A stretch of 64,000 bases of DNA from Nymphaea colorata (taxonomy: Eukaryota). Numbering within the stretch: position 1 is the stretch's first letter; the number at the start of each line of letters is the position of its first letter. The notes beneath the pieces were generated by a model that was given only the letters and a program-made list of their open reading frames with translations, was not told the origin of the DNA and did no database searches. The translations under genes were made by a program, and so were the position numbers. The stretch spans positions 2,294,001-2,358,000 of the forward strand of contig NC_045138.2 in assembly GCF_008831285.2 (NCBI RefSeq), read 5' to 3'. Positions 1-12,489 of the stretch are shown piece after piece.

Positions 1-3000
1 CATTCATGTCAAATATACAACCTGTTTCTAATGTTGTTCATGGATTAATGTATGGTAACTTTGCCAATCTGAAAGAGATATTTCAACTCCCGATTGAGAA
101 AGCAAAAGATATTTCACTGAAATTGTCTGCTTCAATTATGGTATATATCACTCAAAGTAGGCGGGTCAAGTAAAAAGTTTGAACCGAACCGGAGTACATT
201 CAAGTTATGTGCTAACAATTTAAGTTTGATGTGTCTACAGCATTTGGTAAGAAGAAATGTTGATCTGATGTATCGTTTTATCGACACCAGCTAAATGGAT
301 TCGGATTTAAGACCAAATACATATAATTGGATTGTATCTGAATCACTCCTCAGGCCACAGGCAAATGAAGCTTTTCATGGTAAGCACCTCGAAATATATC
401 CAAGAGGGGTTTGGTTTAATGGGATCATGTAGAGACTGGCATGCGACCAGTCTCCGCTTCCATGCTTTAGGGTCATCTTTCTGTACTGTAAATGAAATGA
501 AGGACCACCGACATGAAACTCGAAGCACAACAGGAGTGACATTTGGGGCACTGACACAAGCCCCATACTTTGAGGGATGAGGGTTTCAGTTTAGTTTCAT
601 ATGTGAGTCAAACCCAAAAACTTATCGATTCATAAAGAAAAAAATAGAGTAGCTTATGATATCAAATCCCAGAGTATGCGTTAGGTTTTGAATCTATGGA
701 GATCTGTGTTATTTGAACCTGCCTTAATCAGACCCATTGGAGTCCAGCAAGTGGCAAATTTATTTGATTCAATGGCAGATTCTCACTTATCACGCTTTGA
801 TTATTTTAATACTTTTTAAATTTTTATTTAATTCCTGTCTTTTATGTTAGGAAGAAAAAAAAAAAGAGATTTGAATCACTTGATTAATTGGCCGATTCTT
901 TCAAAAATCCATCTTTCACGGCCATAGATTTCCTTAAGGAAAGTTGGGACGCAACCTTTTTAAGATAAATGCCACGGGCACCTTTTTAGAAAAGTGGTAC
1001 CCGATTCATGATCTGATCCAGTTCTACCTTTATATTGAAATCGATGCAATCAGATAACCGGGTCAAACCATTATATAGGATCCAAGCAGGGGCGGAGGGA
1101 AGCGGGTAGTAGGGGCCTGGCCCTCCTCATGTTTTAAAAAATTAAAAATTCATATGTAAATTTTGAAAAGATTAGTTTAACATATATAAAATTTTTAAAA
1201 TTTTCATTCCTGCTTATGTTAAAATTTTGAAATTATAGTTTTGCCCCTGCAACAAAAAATTTCTGCATCCACCCCTGGATCCAAGTACTGTATACATACA
1301 AGAACAGGGACCATTTGTGAGCAAATATTCAAACTTCAAAGGCACGATACTGACTGGATCCACGTAAAAGAAAATATCCAGCTTTCCAGAACTACATTGG
1401 TGCATGGGTTGCTGCTCTGATAAAACATAGTTTATGGATGGAAGTTAATCAAAGAAATAATTTCGCATGATAAGATAAATAGCAGCACAGAGGTATCAGA
1501 AGCACCACAGTGATCTGCTACAATCATCTGTTGAGAGGATAAATTTAAAAGGAGAAGACGACTGGCGAAGAAGGTTATGGTGGCTACCCTTACCAGAAAA
1601 CCTCCATCCCCTTCACCATAGTTGTCTCTGATTCGATTGATGTAAGGCGGGAATCAAACTACTTTCTTTACACAATCCATGCATAGGCGGAGAGTAGATT
1701 CCTGACCTAATTGGTTCCGACACCTTCAGCCTATGCATGAATGGTGTCAAGGATTTCTATTTTGAGAAGACAGAACTCAAATTTTCTACTTGCATCAACT
1801 GAATCGTGACAATGGATGCAGATGAGGTGGGGTGGCCACCACCGGAATTACGGTTTTCTAAAGCAGACAAAGGTCACACCTTCCTCCCTTTTCAAATGCA
1901 TACTGGGGAAAAGAAAATGGGATGACTTCAAAACTTGGTACAAGGAAGAGAGGAATTCTTTTTTTTTTACAAGGAAAAAACTTGCTTTATGATTCATGTG
2001 GTTGGATCACAACAATTATGTCCATATAAACCTTCTTGAGGAGAACTGGCCTTGTTCTCTTACCAAGCATGGATGTATCTATCAGAGATCTGGTCAGGTT
2101 CTTTATTTTTCTTTTCCTTTTCTCCGTTTGAGAAAGAAATTTAAGGAAAGAAAGGCAGAGAAAAGAAGGAAAGGAAGAAAGAGAAGGGAGTGGAGCGGCT
2201 GGGAGAAGGTGGAGAATGAAGGGGTCGGCTGTTGTGTCCCTCCTCCTTCCCTTCTGCTCTCTTCCTTCCTTTGTTTCTTCGTGTTTCTTTCCTACTTTCC
2301 TTCTCAGAAGGAGAAAATGAAAAGTAGCAGAAAGAAGCAGGCCAAATCACTGGTAGATAAATCCATGCTTGGCAAGAGACCAAAGGGAGTTTTGGACATA
2401 ATAGCGAGGGTCTTTGTAAAAACATAATTCTTTGTTTTTCTTTATACAAATGGCCCAACCAGAAATTCCTTGCCTAGAGGCAGTGCTACATTAATTTTCA
2501 AATTTTAAGAGGCAGTGATATGTGAAAAAATGAAAATTAATGAAATTTATATATGAAAATAAAATAAATTCCATGAGCTGGTGTGGGCAATTGCCCATGG
2601 CAGCCACAGTGTGACTCCTCCAATGTGAGAAAAGCAAGAAAGCAATGAGTGTTTGAAGAGTTTAGTTGTCATGATACTCTAACTTCTCATAATTATTTGA
2701 AAGCAAATGTCACTAAACTAGAAAACAATAAAGTCAATTGATTAATCACTAAATCGGCCGATTCATTCGTACACTTTTCTCTCGTAAATCGTGTTACGTA
2801 GCCAAGTCAAAGCTTACTGGTTGATGATTGTGCTTGCAAGCAAATTGTTTGTTAAATGTTTCCAAAAAACAGAAAATCAAGTTTACATATAAGCCAATAA
2901 CACTAACAATGTAGATGCATGCATATATAGGTTTACTTTTCAATGTAATGACAAAATAAAAAGAAAGATACTGTTTTTTTTTTTTAACCACAAATGAGGG

Positions 3001-3128
3001 GCCAGCTGGCAGGGTCCATGTCCCCTCCTCACATTTTTAAAAAATAAAAAATGTACAAGTAAATTCTAAAAAAAAAAAGTTTAATTTATATAAAAAAAAT
3101 TTTGAAAAATTATATTTCAACCCTCCAA
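1..3128. repeat. Segmental duplication, copy A (runs off the window start); paralogue of 30173-35838
   Basis: Starts cattcatgtcaaatatacaacctgtttc, as at 30173, and stays collinear to tatatttcaaccctcca (3128 vs 35838). Paralogous spurious ORFs (1996..2427 vs 31969..32343) confirm the match. Confidence 0.92.
1087..1277. mobile_element. Short hAT-type MITE (CAGGGGCGG...CCACCCCTG family)
   Basis: TIRs caggggcgga/tccacccctg with an exact 8-bp TSD gatccaag (1079-1086, 1278-1285). Related copies near 17122, 25847, 31119, 35870, 46275 and 63065. Confidence 0.85.
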
Positions 3129-6100
3129 CTATCCTCCCGAGTCACAGCAGCAACTTCTGTCCTGTAGTTGTTGATCAATCTCTAACTTCCGCCTGCAAAT
3201 AAGGTGTTTCACCGGCCGTAACCTGACTGACTCACCTCCCACCGACTGAAGCACTTGTCTGTTTCAGCTTCCAACTTGTGAACACCTCAGGTTCAATCTA
3301 AACCGGCGTCAGTCCAGGGAAATCTCATTCCTTGGACAAACCTTCAGCTGATCACCGTCTTGGCAAACCCCTTGCCTGCATCCTCGAATAAGGTGTCGAA
3401 CAATGTTCAACCAACGCCTTCCCTTTGCCTTCGGCCTTCTCCCTTCTGATCCCTGAAATAGAGAAGCAGGGGGAACAGAGGCGACCAGATGGGCGCCTAG
3501 AACTGAGGCGATCAGAAAGCGCCCGACAATTCTCTCATTGCCTGCAACTCAGAAAGCTGTCAGTCGATGCCGGCGACGGTCCGGCCCTCACTTCCCCAAT
3601 TTCTGTCTGCAGAAATGGGATTCAACAATCCTGTCCTTGGAGGTGTTCAGAGCATCTCGCCTGCCACGAAACCATTGCTGATTCACTATCAACGCGGCAT
3701 TACTACTTCTACAGAATCTCTGGACATTGCTCCGGTGGGCAGAAGGTCTCCATCAACATCGTCTCAGCCACTTCATCGCCTCCACCACCAAAACGCCGTT
3801 GGCCAGATTTATATGCTGGTGAGAAAAATAGTGTTCTCATCCGGTATCTCGTTGAAGTGGTCGTCATTTGCCGGACTGCCCAAATCAACATTGGGCTTGG
3901 ATGCCTTCTGGATATATATATATTTCATTGTTATCATCATCCTTTATTGCATGTTTGTCGCTGCTCATCCCTGCGCCTCCCTCTTTTCAGAAAAGTGAGA
4001 AGGAACTGGTTTATCGCTGCTCATCGCTTCTCTTCCCTCTTCTTAGAGCAGTAAGAAGGAACTATGGCAAACCAAGAAAAGAATATTGGCGACATCAACA
4101 ATTCAGAAAATTATCAGGTGATGACCAATTCTTTTTTTTTAGATCTGATAATCCCAGAAGTGTGTTGGTATCTCATGCACTTAAGGGAGACAATTATGCC
4201 ATTTGGAGTTAAAGAAGGAGATAAGAATCGTGCCTTATGAGTTAGATGCAATAATATGATTCTTTCATGGATTTTAAATTCTATTAGCAAAGAAATTGCT
4301 GCTAGTATTGCTTATGCTACTTCTACTCAAGATGTATGGGAAGATTTGAAAAGCAGGTTTACTCAGAGTTTAGCACCAAGAATATATCAACTGCAGAGTT
4401 CTATATGTCAACTTCAACAAGACAAGAGACTCTATCAATTACTATGTAGTACACAAAAATTAAGGTGTTATGGGATGAACTTAACTCTTAGTCTCCCATA
4501 CTGTCTTGTTCATGTGGTGCTATGAGAATTTACTCATATCATATTCAAAGAGAAAGACTAATCCAATACTTGATGGGGCTAAATGACTCGTATGGAGCAA
4601 TTTGTGGTCAAATCTTACTGCTTGATCCATTGCCTAACATTAACAAGGTTTATGTTTTAGTTCTACAGAAAGAAAAATAACGTGAAGCAAGATTCATGTC
4701 GTCACATTTTGAGGCTGCTCTAGCCATCACTCGCAATTATAATAGGAAGGCAGAAGCTCGTGATCAAGTCTTCAAGTTTAAATGAAATAATGGAGGACGT
4801 CAGAGCAGGCCCATGTGCAGCTACTGTCATGGTACTGGGCATATAAAAGAAAAGTGCTATAAGCTAATCGGCTATCCTCCAGGGCATCGACTTTATAACC
4901 CCAATTTCGAGTCTTCCATGGTTGCAGCTGTAACACAATACCAGAAAGTGGCTGACCTCCATACTATCAATGGTGTTGGTAACGTTAGTCAAGGTAACAC
5001 GGGAATTATGCTCTCTTTCACTATGGACGAGTACCAGAAATTCTTGTCAATCGTTAAAGATCAAACTGCCTCAATCAACTTCGCAAGTACTATCTCGTCA
5101 TGTAATCTCTATTATAAACCTTGGATTATAGATTCCGAAGCAAGTCGACATATTTGTGCAGACAACTCAATCCTCCAAAATCTAATAACTTGTCATACAC
5201 CCATAAACCTTCCAAAGGGAAATGTAATCCCTATTCATCAAACCCGTGACGTTCACTTGTCATCTTTCACCCTTGACAATACTTTGTGTGTTCCTTCCTT
5301 CAAAGTAAATTTGTTATCAGTTAGTCAACTAACCAAGACTCTAAACTGCTTAGTAACCTTTTTTCCCACATATTGTGTATTGTAGGACCTGGCATCGATG
5401 ATAACAATTGGTCAGGGTGAAGAAAGAGGAGGACTATATGAATTCAAATCATTGGTGTCACCTACAGAATGCTTTGTTGTAACTTCATCTCAAGACCTAT
5501 GGCATAGGCGGTTTGGTCATCTTTCACCTTCTCGACTTATGCTAGTTAATTCTTATTTAGGATTGAATTGCTACTTGAATAAAGATATTTGTTGTGATGC
5601 TTGTCATCGAGTAAAACAAACACGTTTGAAATTTGATTTAAGTGATATTTCTACTAAGAAGCCTTTTGAATTAATTCATTGTGACATTTGGAGTACATAT
5701 TCACGGTCAACTCTTACTGGAGCACATTATTTTCTGAGTATTGTGGATGATTATACTCGCGTCACATGGATTTTTTTAATGAAACACAAACATGAAACAT
5801 CATATCTTATGAAAAAAATTTTGCCTTAATAAAAAATCAATTTGGTGTCGCCATTAAAAATGTGAGATCTGATAATGGCACCAAGTTTTTTTCTCATGGA
5901 ATACAATCCTTATTCAATCAACAAGGTACCATTCACCAACATAGTTGTGTCGCCACACCACAACAAAACGGAGTGGTAGAACGCAAACATCGTGTAAGCA
6001 CCCCAAATTTTTCCAAAAAGTTTGCCTTATTTTACCCAAGTTCAAATCCAAACAAAGTATTTCAGACCCATTTGTCTTTCCTTTTGACAAAAAACCTCCT

Positions 6101-6234
6101 TTTCGAAGGCGATCTTGGTCTTTTTGGTGGGCAAGTCTCATTTGCTCTTTCTTTTAACAAAAAACCTCCTTTTAAAGGACAATTTTGATCTTTTTGGTGG
6201 GCAAGACTCATTTGTCCCTCCTTTTGACAAAAAA

Positions 6235-6424
6235 TATAACAACCCGACCCACTCCCGGGCTCGGGTCCCTGGTTCGGCGGATCTCAACCCGCTCCCTAGC
6301 AATTTCGGTTCCAATCCTAAAAAGGTTAGGAACCACGACTATCATCTCATTAAAGCCTCCCTTTATAAGCTCTTGAAGATCCCTCACAATCTTCGATACG
6401 GGACTAAACTTTTGGGGTGTTACA
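6235..6424 (-). mobile_element. 190-bp TRIM-like solo LTR nested in the large solo LTR
   Basis: On the minus strand it reads tgtaacacccc...tcccgtatcg...cttataaag...gggttgttata (terminal CA mutated). It is flanked by aaaaa on both sides and interrupts the repeat unit cttttgacaaaaaacctc, seen intact at 6081-6098. Confidence 0.7.
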
Positions 6425-6605
6425 AAAAACCTCTTTTTAGAGGGTAATTTTGGTCTATTTAGTGGGCAAGACTCATTTGCCCCTCCTTTCATAGTGTGAC
6501 TTTAGTCTTTTTAGTGGGCAAGACCCTTTTGTCTTTCCTTTTGACAAAAAAAACCTCATTTTAGAGGACGATTTTAGTCTTTTGGGTGAATAAAGGTCCA
6601 ACTCA

Positions 6606-6700
<95 letters not shown>

Positions 6701-7739
6701 CCTAATGGCCAATCATACCTTTTTTCAAACCATTTCTTCTTCAAAATAATTCAAAATTTTGTGAAATTCGGATGAAAATAGAGTGAAATTCAAATTTTGG
6801 GTTTTGGCTCTAAAATCCTCTATAAATACCTTCCATTTCCCCCTTCTTGAGTACGTGTTGGTCCTTGGAAAAAACTCTAGTGTATTCTCACTTGAAGACT
6901 TAGAGTTTCTTTTGAGTTATCTCTCTCTCCCTCTTCCTCTTTCCATTTTTTTTCAACTTCGGAGCAAACTTCATCAAGTCACAACCCCCTTGGGGGCATC
7001 ATGTTGGAGTTTCACTCAAGGGAATCTCCAAGCTAAGGTGTTCATTTTTCCAAAAGTTATTCCACTAGATGTTTGTAATCAATATCTCATCTCTTTATTT
7101 CTTCATTTTCCTCTCTTCTTCATCTTCCTATGGTCAAAGGAGATAGCACTCAACATCTTTTTAGAGATAAGAGGCTATGCTCAAGTGCACCAGGTGCATG
7201 AGGAGAAGAGATGATATTTTATTTTATGATTAAATCATGCTCTTTCAAGTATTCTTGTGGTTATTATTTTTTTCTCTTCATTAATATGTTCTTTTTATTG
7301 AACATAGTCATGTCGTTGTTTTCATTTTCTTTTCTCATCTTTATCTTCCCATGGCCAAAGGAGATAGCACTCAACCTCTTTTTAGAGACAAGAGGCTATG
7401 TTCAAGTGCACCGAGAGCATGAGAAAATGAGATGATACATTAAATCATGCTCTTTCAAGTATCCTTGTTGTCATATTAATATGTTCCTATTATTATTGTT
7501 GTTTCTTTTTCTTGAATATAGTCTCGTTGTTTTTTTCTTCATTTTTCTTCTCATCTTCATCTCCTCATGGCCAAATGAGATAGCACTCAACCTCTTTTGT
7601 AGAAACAAGAGGCTTTGGTCGAGTGCACCAGGAGCATGAAAAGATGATATGATATATCATTTCATAGTTACCTCATGTTATCTCTCTCTCTCTCTACATC
7701 ATGCTTTCTCCCTCCATCATGTTCTCTCTCTATTTCTCC

Positions 7740-7782
<43 letters not shown>

Positions 7783-8395
7783 TCCTTGAATATTGTCTAT
7801 CTACTATCCATGCATGTTTGTTTAGTTTTCCATTCACATGTGAATGTATGGTGAGAATGAGAGTGTGGTTTGGGAATCTTTATCTTTATCTTCATATTAA
7901 TTTTTGAGGTTGGTACTTGTCCAACCCGAGGGAACCCTCACGAATATGTACATGTTAAAAAAATGCAACTTCATGTCATTATGTTTAGTTTCTTTTTAAT
8001 CACCCGATTAGGAACCCTAATGAGTGCCCTATCGTGTGGTTTGAATTTCTTCCATACCCAACGGTGGAAGAAACATATTCTCTTGCAACCAATGAAATAA
8101 TAATATTCTATGTTTATATATAAATCATATTTTACAAAAGATTTTTCAAAAGCAAGTACCCTCTCCAATATGGCTTTGGAAACTTAGTTATGACTCTTGC
8201 ATGAGTCCAAGCTCCCTTCGGCCTATATCAAACTTGAAGTCGGTTGTTTTCTAAAATCATCTCTTCACTTCTAATATCATGAAGACGCGTATGTATATAC
8301 ATGTCATATACATATATGTGCACATGAGGATTCCCTTTATCTTTCTCTTCCTTTGTTTCCACATTTTATTTTACAAGTTTTCATATACCTATGAA

Positions 8396-8480
<85 letters not shown>

Positions 8481-8489
<9 letters not shown>

Positions 8490-8588
8490 ATGAAGGCATT
8501 TGACTTGAAAAGTATATATATGAATGTGCTACTTTCTCTGTCTAGAATCTTATTCTCTTTTCAAGTCAAATGCCTTCATCTATAATAT
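8481..8588. repeat. Perfect 32-bp inverted repeat (44-nt loop) flanked by (TA)n
   Basis: atattatagatgaaggcatttgacttgaaaag (8481-8512) is the exact reverse complement of 8557-8588. Confidence 0.9.
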
Positions 8589-8797
8589 GTATATATATAT
8601 ATATATCTCCATTTCTTTTCATTTAAAATCTTTCTTTCTATTCAAGTCACTGTTATTTTTACAAGCTTTCATATATGTGTATATGTGATGGTATATATAC
8701 ATATATGTGTATCTTCTCTATCTCCCTATCTTTGAAAGTTTCATTTCCTTTTTCTACTTAAATTCAAACCTCATTTTTATAAGCTTACATATATGTA

Positions 8798-8857
<60 letters not shown>

Positions 8858-11800
8858 TATCTCTCTTTCTTTTGAATCTTTGATTTTGTGATCTTCAAGA
8901 CCTCTTTCTGTCTCTCATTTTCTATATTTTCTCACAATCAAGTATCTCATCTTTTGCATTCTTTTAGACATTTGTTTCTCCAAGATCATTTTCATTACCG
9001 ACTTCACTAAGACCATAACGTAAGTAATGACCCAATGTTGGATTCATGCTTGATGGTCTACAACTTCAATCCATTTTCACAAATTTTTCTTTCTCATACA
9101 TGATAACTATAAAAACAAAAATCTTAGATGTATATTATGGTAGGAATGTCTTAAATGAATGTTGTGGTAGGAATGAGTCATTTTTCTTCTATTCATCTTA
9201 GGATTAATGCATTCATGCATTCACTTCTATTCAATATCACAAATGAGCACAATCACATCTTTAAAAGAACTTAAGCAAGATGAGGTGGAGCTCTAACTAA
9301 GTGGTAACTGAATTAGAGCAAAATCTCAAACCTACTTAAAGTCTTAAGAAAACACTAAAATGACTTCCAAGTGATTTCCCAAGTTTTCCAAGTGATATCT
9401 ACAAAGATTTCCTAACTCTAGTTTTCCTCAAAATGTTTCACATTCTCAAGCAATTCTTCAAATCTTTTCAAAAATTTGAAACATCAAACTTTCCATATTT
9501 TTCTACACCGAATATATAATGAAAAATATGTTTAAGCCAAAATGAAATACATCAATAATAGACATAGCCCTTGGATTGATTACCTCCGGTAAAGGCATCA
9601 GGAATGGTCGATCCTCGTACCAACGGGTGAGTCCCTTTTTCTCTTATTTTTAAAATAAAACTTATTTTTCTGGAGCACTCTAAAACCAAAAATTTTGAGG
9701 ATGCAAAACACATCGTCATCTTCTTGAAGTAGCAAGGGCCCTTCGTTTTGAAGCAAATTTACCAATTCAGTTTTGGGGCGAATGTATTTTAATCGCCACC
9801 TATCTTATTAATCGTACTAATACACCTACTTTGGGAGGCATAGCTGCATTTGAAAAATTATTTTAAAAAAAATGGGCCGGCCTTTGAACATCTACGTATC
9901 TTTGGCTCTCTTTGCTATGCTATCAACAACAACCAGAACAAAGGCAAATTTGACACTAGAGCACATAAATGCATTTTATTGGTTATCCTGAAGGCCAGAA
10001 AGCATACAAAGTCTATGATTTAGAAAACAATAGAGTTTTCACTAATCGGGATGTTGTTTTCTATGAAGATATTTTTCCATTCAACCAAGTCAAGGAGGAA
10101 GAAAGATCGACTGTTATGCCTATGCCAATAACCCAAGAAAGTATGATTGGCCCATTGGAAGAAGAGTCGTTTGACAATGAAGCATCACCTACGGCTGAAC
10201 CTAATGAAGACACAAACATGTCTGAAAGTAGTGAGACGCTTGTATCAACTTGTGATATACCCTTGCCTGAACCCCAAAAAATCAATAGTAAAACCATGAA
10301 ACCAAACCAAGTCTTGGAGTCTGAACCAACTGAACACCTTAGAAGATTATCTCGTCAAAAAAGACCAGCCACTTGGATGAAAGATTTTTATTGTTCTCTA
10401 ATTTTGATACCCTTGGTCAACGGCAACTCGATGGCAAGTCCTGCAAATTGCACATGTTTTCCCCTTTCCAAGTTTACTTCTTTCCATTGTTTCTCTTCTA
10501 ATCACTCCATTTTTTTAGCCTCTATAGCCTCCATTTCTGAACCAGAATCCTATGAAGAGGCAAGTAAAATTAAAGAGTGGCGAGATGCAATGGACTTAGA
10601 AATTAGTGCATTGCGAGACAATAAAACTGACTTTGACTACTCTACCAAAAGGTATCCAACCCATCGCTTGCAAATGGATATACAAAGTAAAATTTTGATC
10701 AGATGGATCCATTGAACGATACAAGGCTCGTCTGGTAGGAAAAGGTTTCTCACAGAAAGTGGGACTAGATTACAATGAAACATTTGCGCCTGTAGCCAAA
10801 ATGGTAATGGTTTGCACCCTTCTTTCAGTCGTTGCTGCAAAAAAGTTGGTTATTATATCAAATGGATGTAAATAATGTCTTTCTTCTTGCAGATCTGCTT
10901 GAGGAAGTGTATATGTAGGTGCTGCAAGGATATGACCTAAGGGGGAGAACTTAGTATGCAAGCTTCACAAATTTCTTTATAGTCTGAAGCAATCTCCAAG
11001 AAATTGATTTCACAAGTTTTCTATGGCGCTTGAAGCATTTGGATTTATACAATCCAAAGCTGATCACACGCTATTGCCGGTAATATTGGCTGTTCTAGTA
11101 TATGTGGATGACTTGATTATTGCCGGTGATATGGAGGATTCTGTTGAAAATTTGAAGTCTTTCTTGTGTCAAAAATTCCGCATGAAAGATCTTGGTAGCC
11201 TTAAATATTTTTTGGGACTAGAAATTGCTCGGTCATCTAAAGGAATATACTTTTCACAACAAAATTATGCACTCAACATTATAATTGAGGTCGAACTATT
11301 AGGCACAAAGCCAGTGGAAACTCCCATGGAATAGAAGCATGGTCTAGATACTACTCAGAGTGAAGAAATGAAGGATTCAACAAAATATAGAAGACTGGTT
11401 GGACGTCTTATTTATTTGAGTATCACAAGACAGATATACGGTTTGCCATTCATGTACTAAGTCGCTTCATGCATACACCAAAGGAATCACATTTTCAGGC
11501 TGCTTTGAGACTTGTCAAATTTATTAAAATGAATCCAGGACAAGGCATTCTATTGGGCAAATAAAATAATTTTCAAGTAAGTTTTTTTTGTGATTCAGAT
11601 TGAGCTGCTTGTCATGAAACACGAAGATCTGTCACTGGCTATTGTGTCCTTCTTGGAGCATCTCTAATATCATGGAAAACAAAGACACAATCTACTATGT
11701 CTCGCTCTTCTGCAGAGGCAGAATACCGAGCAATGGCAACTGCTGTTTGTGAAGTAACATGGCTAAAATATTTGTTATCTGACTTAGGCATTCCACACTC

Positions 11801-12061
11801 ACAACCAGCAAATTTATATTGCGATAATCAGGCTGCAATACGTATTGCAGCAAATCCAATTTTTCAAGAGCGCACCAAAGATTTTGACAAAGATTGTCAT
11901 GTAATACAAGAAAAAATCAATCAAGGTGAAATCAGAACATGCTAGTCAGAAGCAAAGAGCAGCTAGCAGATCTCTTTACCAAAGCATTAGGCAAAGAAGC
12001 CTTCAGACATTTGCTATCCAAACTGGGTTTCAAAAATCTGTACGCCTCAGTTTGAGGGGAG

Positions 12062-12290
12062 TGTCGAGAAAAAAGGGATCATATCTCATCTGTTATGCAA
12101 ACTACATTTTCGGTGGATAATGGATTGAGATCGAAATTGTGTACTATCATGATCTTGTATACCAAAAATCTTGTAAGCGATAACGTTTTTTGTACTATAT
12201 ATGTTGCTCAAAGGAATCAATAAAATCAAGTTCTCTCCAGCTTTATCTTTCACTGTTCCTCTGTTTTTTTCCTCTAAAGTTTTCTCGTAC
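12062..12290 (+). mobile_element. 3' LTR of the first copia element
   Basis: Starts tgtcgagaaaa directly after the PPT. Contains TATA-like ctatatat and aataaa, and ends near ttttctcgtac (imperfect IR of the start). The right end is approximate. Confidence 0.65.
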
Positions 12291-12489
12291 GAAGAGGGGC
12301 TTCCTTAAAATGTGAGGGCCTGGGCAAAAGAAGGGTGGCAGCAAAAAGATCTTCCTCCTTGGCGCACTCCACCCCCGTCCTCCCACTTTCCCCTTCCATT
12401 AGAAGCATGAAACTAATGTGGTCTCTCGCTTTCTCATTAATTATCCAGTAGACTTGGTTTCACTTCTTTCTCTTTACTTGTGAGATTCC

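Larger units (their letters stand above)
5993..9710. mobile_element. 3.7-kb solo LTR (probably Ty3/gypsy, Ogre/Tat-like) inserted in the copia integrase
   Basis: TG...CA termini with an imperfect terminal IR (tgtaagcaccccaaatttt / aaaattttgaggatgcaaaaca) and a 5-bp TSD CATCG (5988-5992, 9711-9715). Removing it restores the integrase reading ERKHR-HLLEVARAL. It is non-coding, with internal ~75-bp and ~220-bp tandem repeats and (TA)n tracts. Lineage is inferred only from size and termini. Confidence 0.85.
4064..12290 (+). mobile_element. Decayed Ty1/copia LTR retrotransposon (gag-PR-INT-RT-RNaseH, many stops and frameshifts); 5' LTR not found
   Basis: Motifs in copia order: gag MILSWILNS, zinc knuckle CSYCHGTGHIKEKC, protease WIIDSEAS, GAG-pre-integrase LWHRRFGH, integrase FELIHCDIW / TPQQNGVVERKHR, RT LVYVDDLII, RNase[14 protein letters not shown] / CDNQAA. 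PPT ttgaggggag precedes the LTR at 12062. A GC-richer leader probably extends back to about 3130. Confidence 0.93.

Noticed and set aside
1996..2427. 143-aa ORF with a paralogue at 31969..32343
   Set aside because: Low-complexity purine/pyrimidine tracts. The conservation is explained by the recent duplication, and there is no domain.
3425..4054. 209-aa and 143-aa overlapping ORFs
   Set aside because: They lie in the GC-rich leader upstream of copia gag, use non-ATG or weak starts and have no protein motif.
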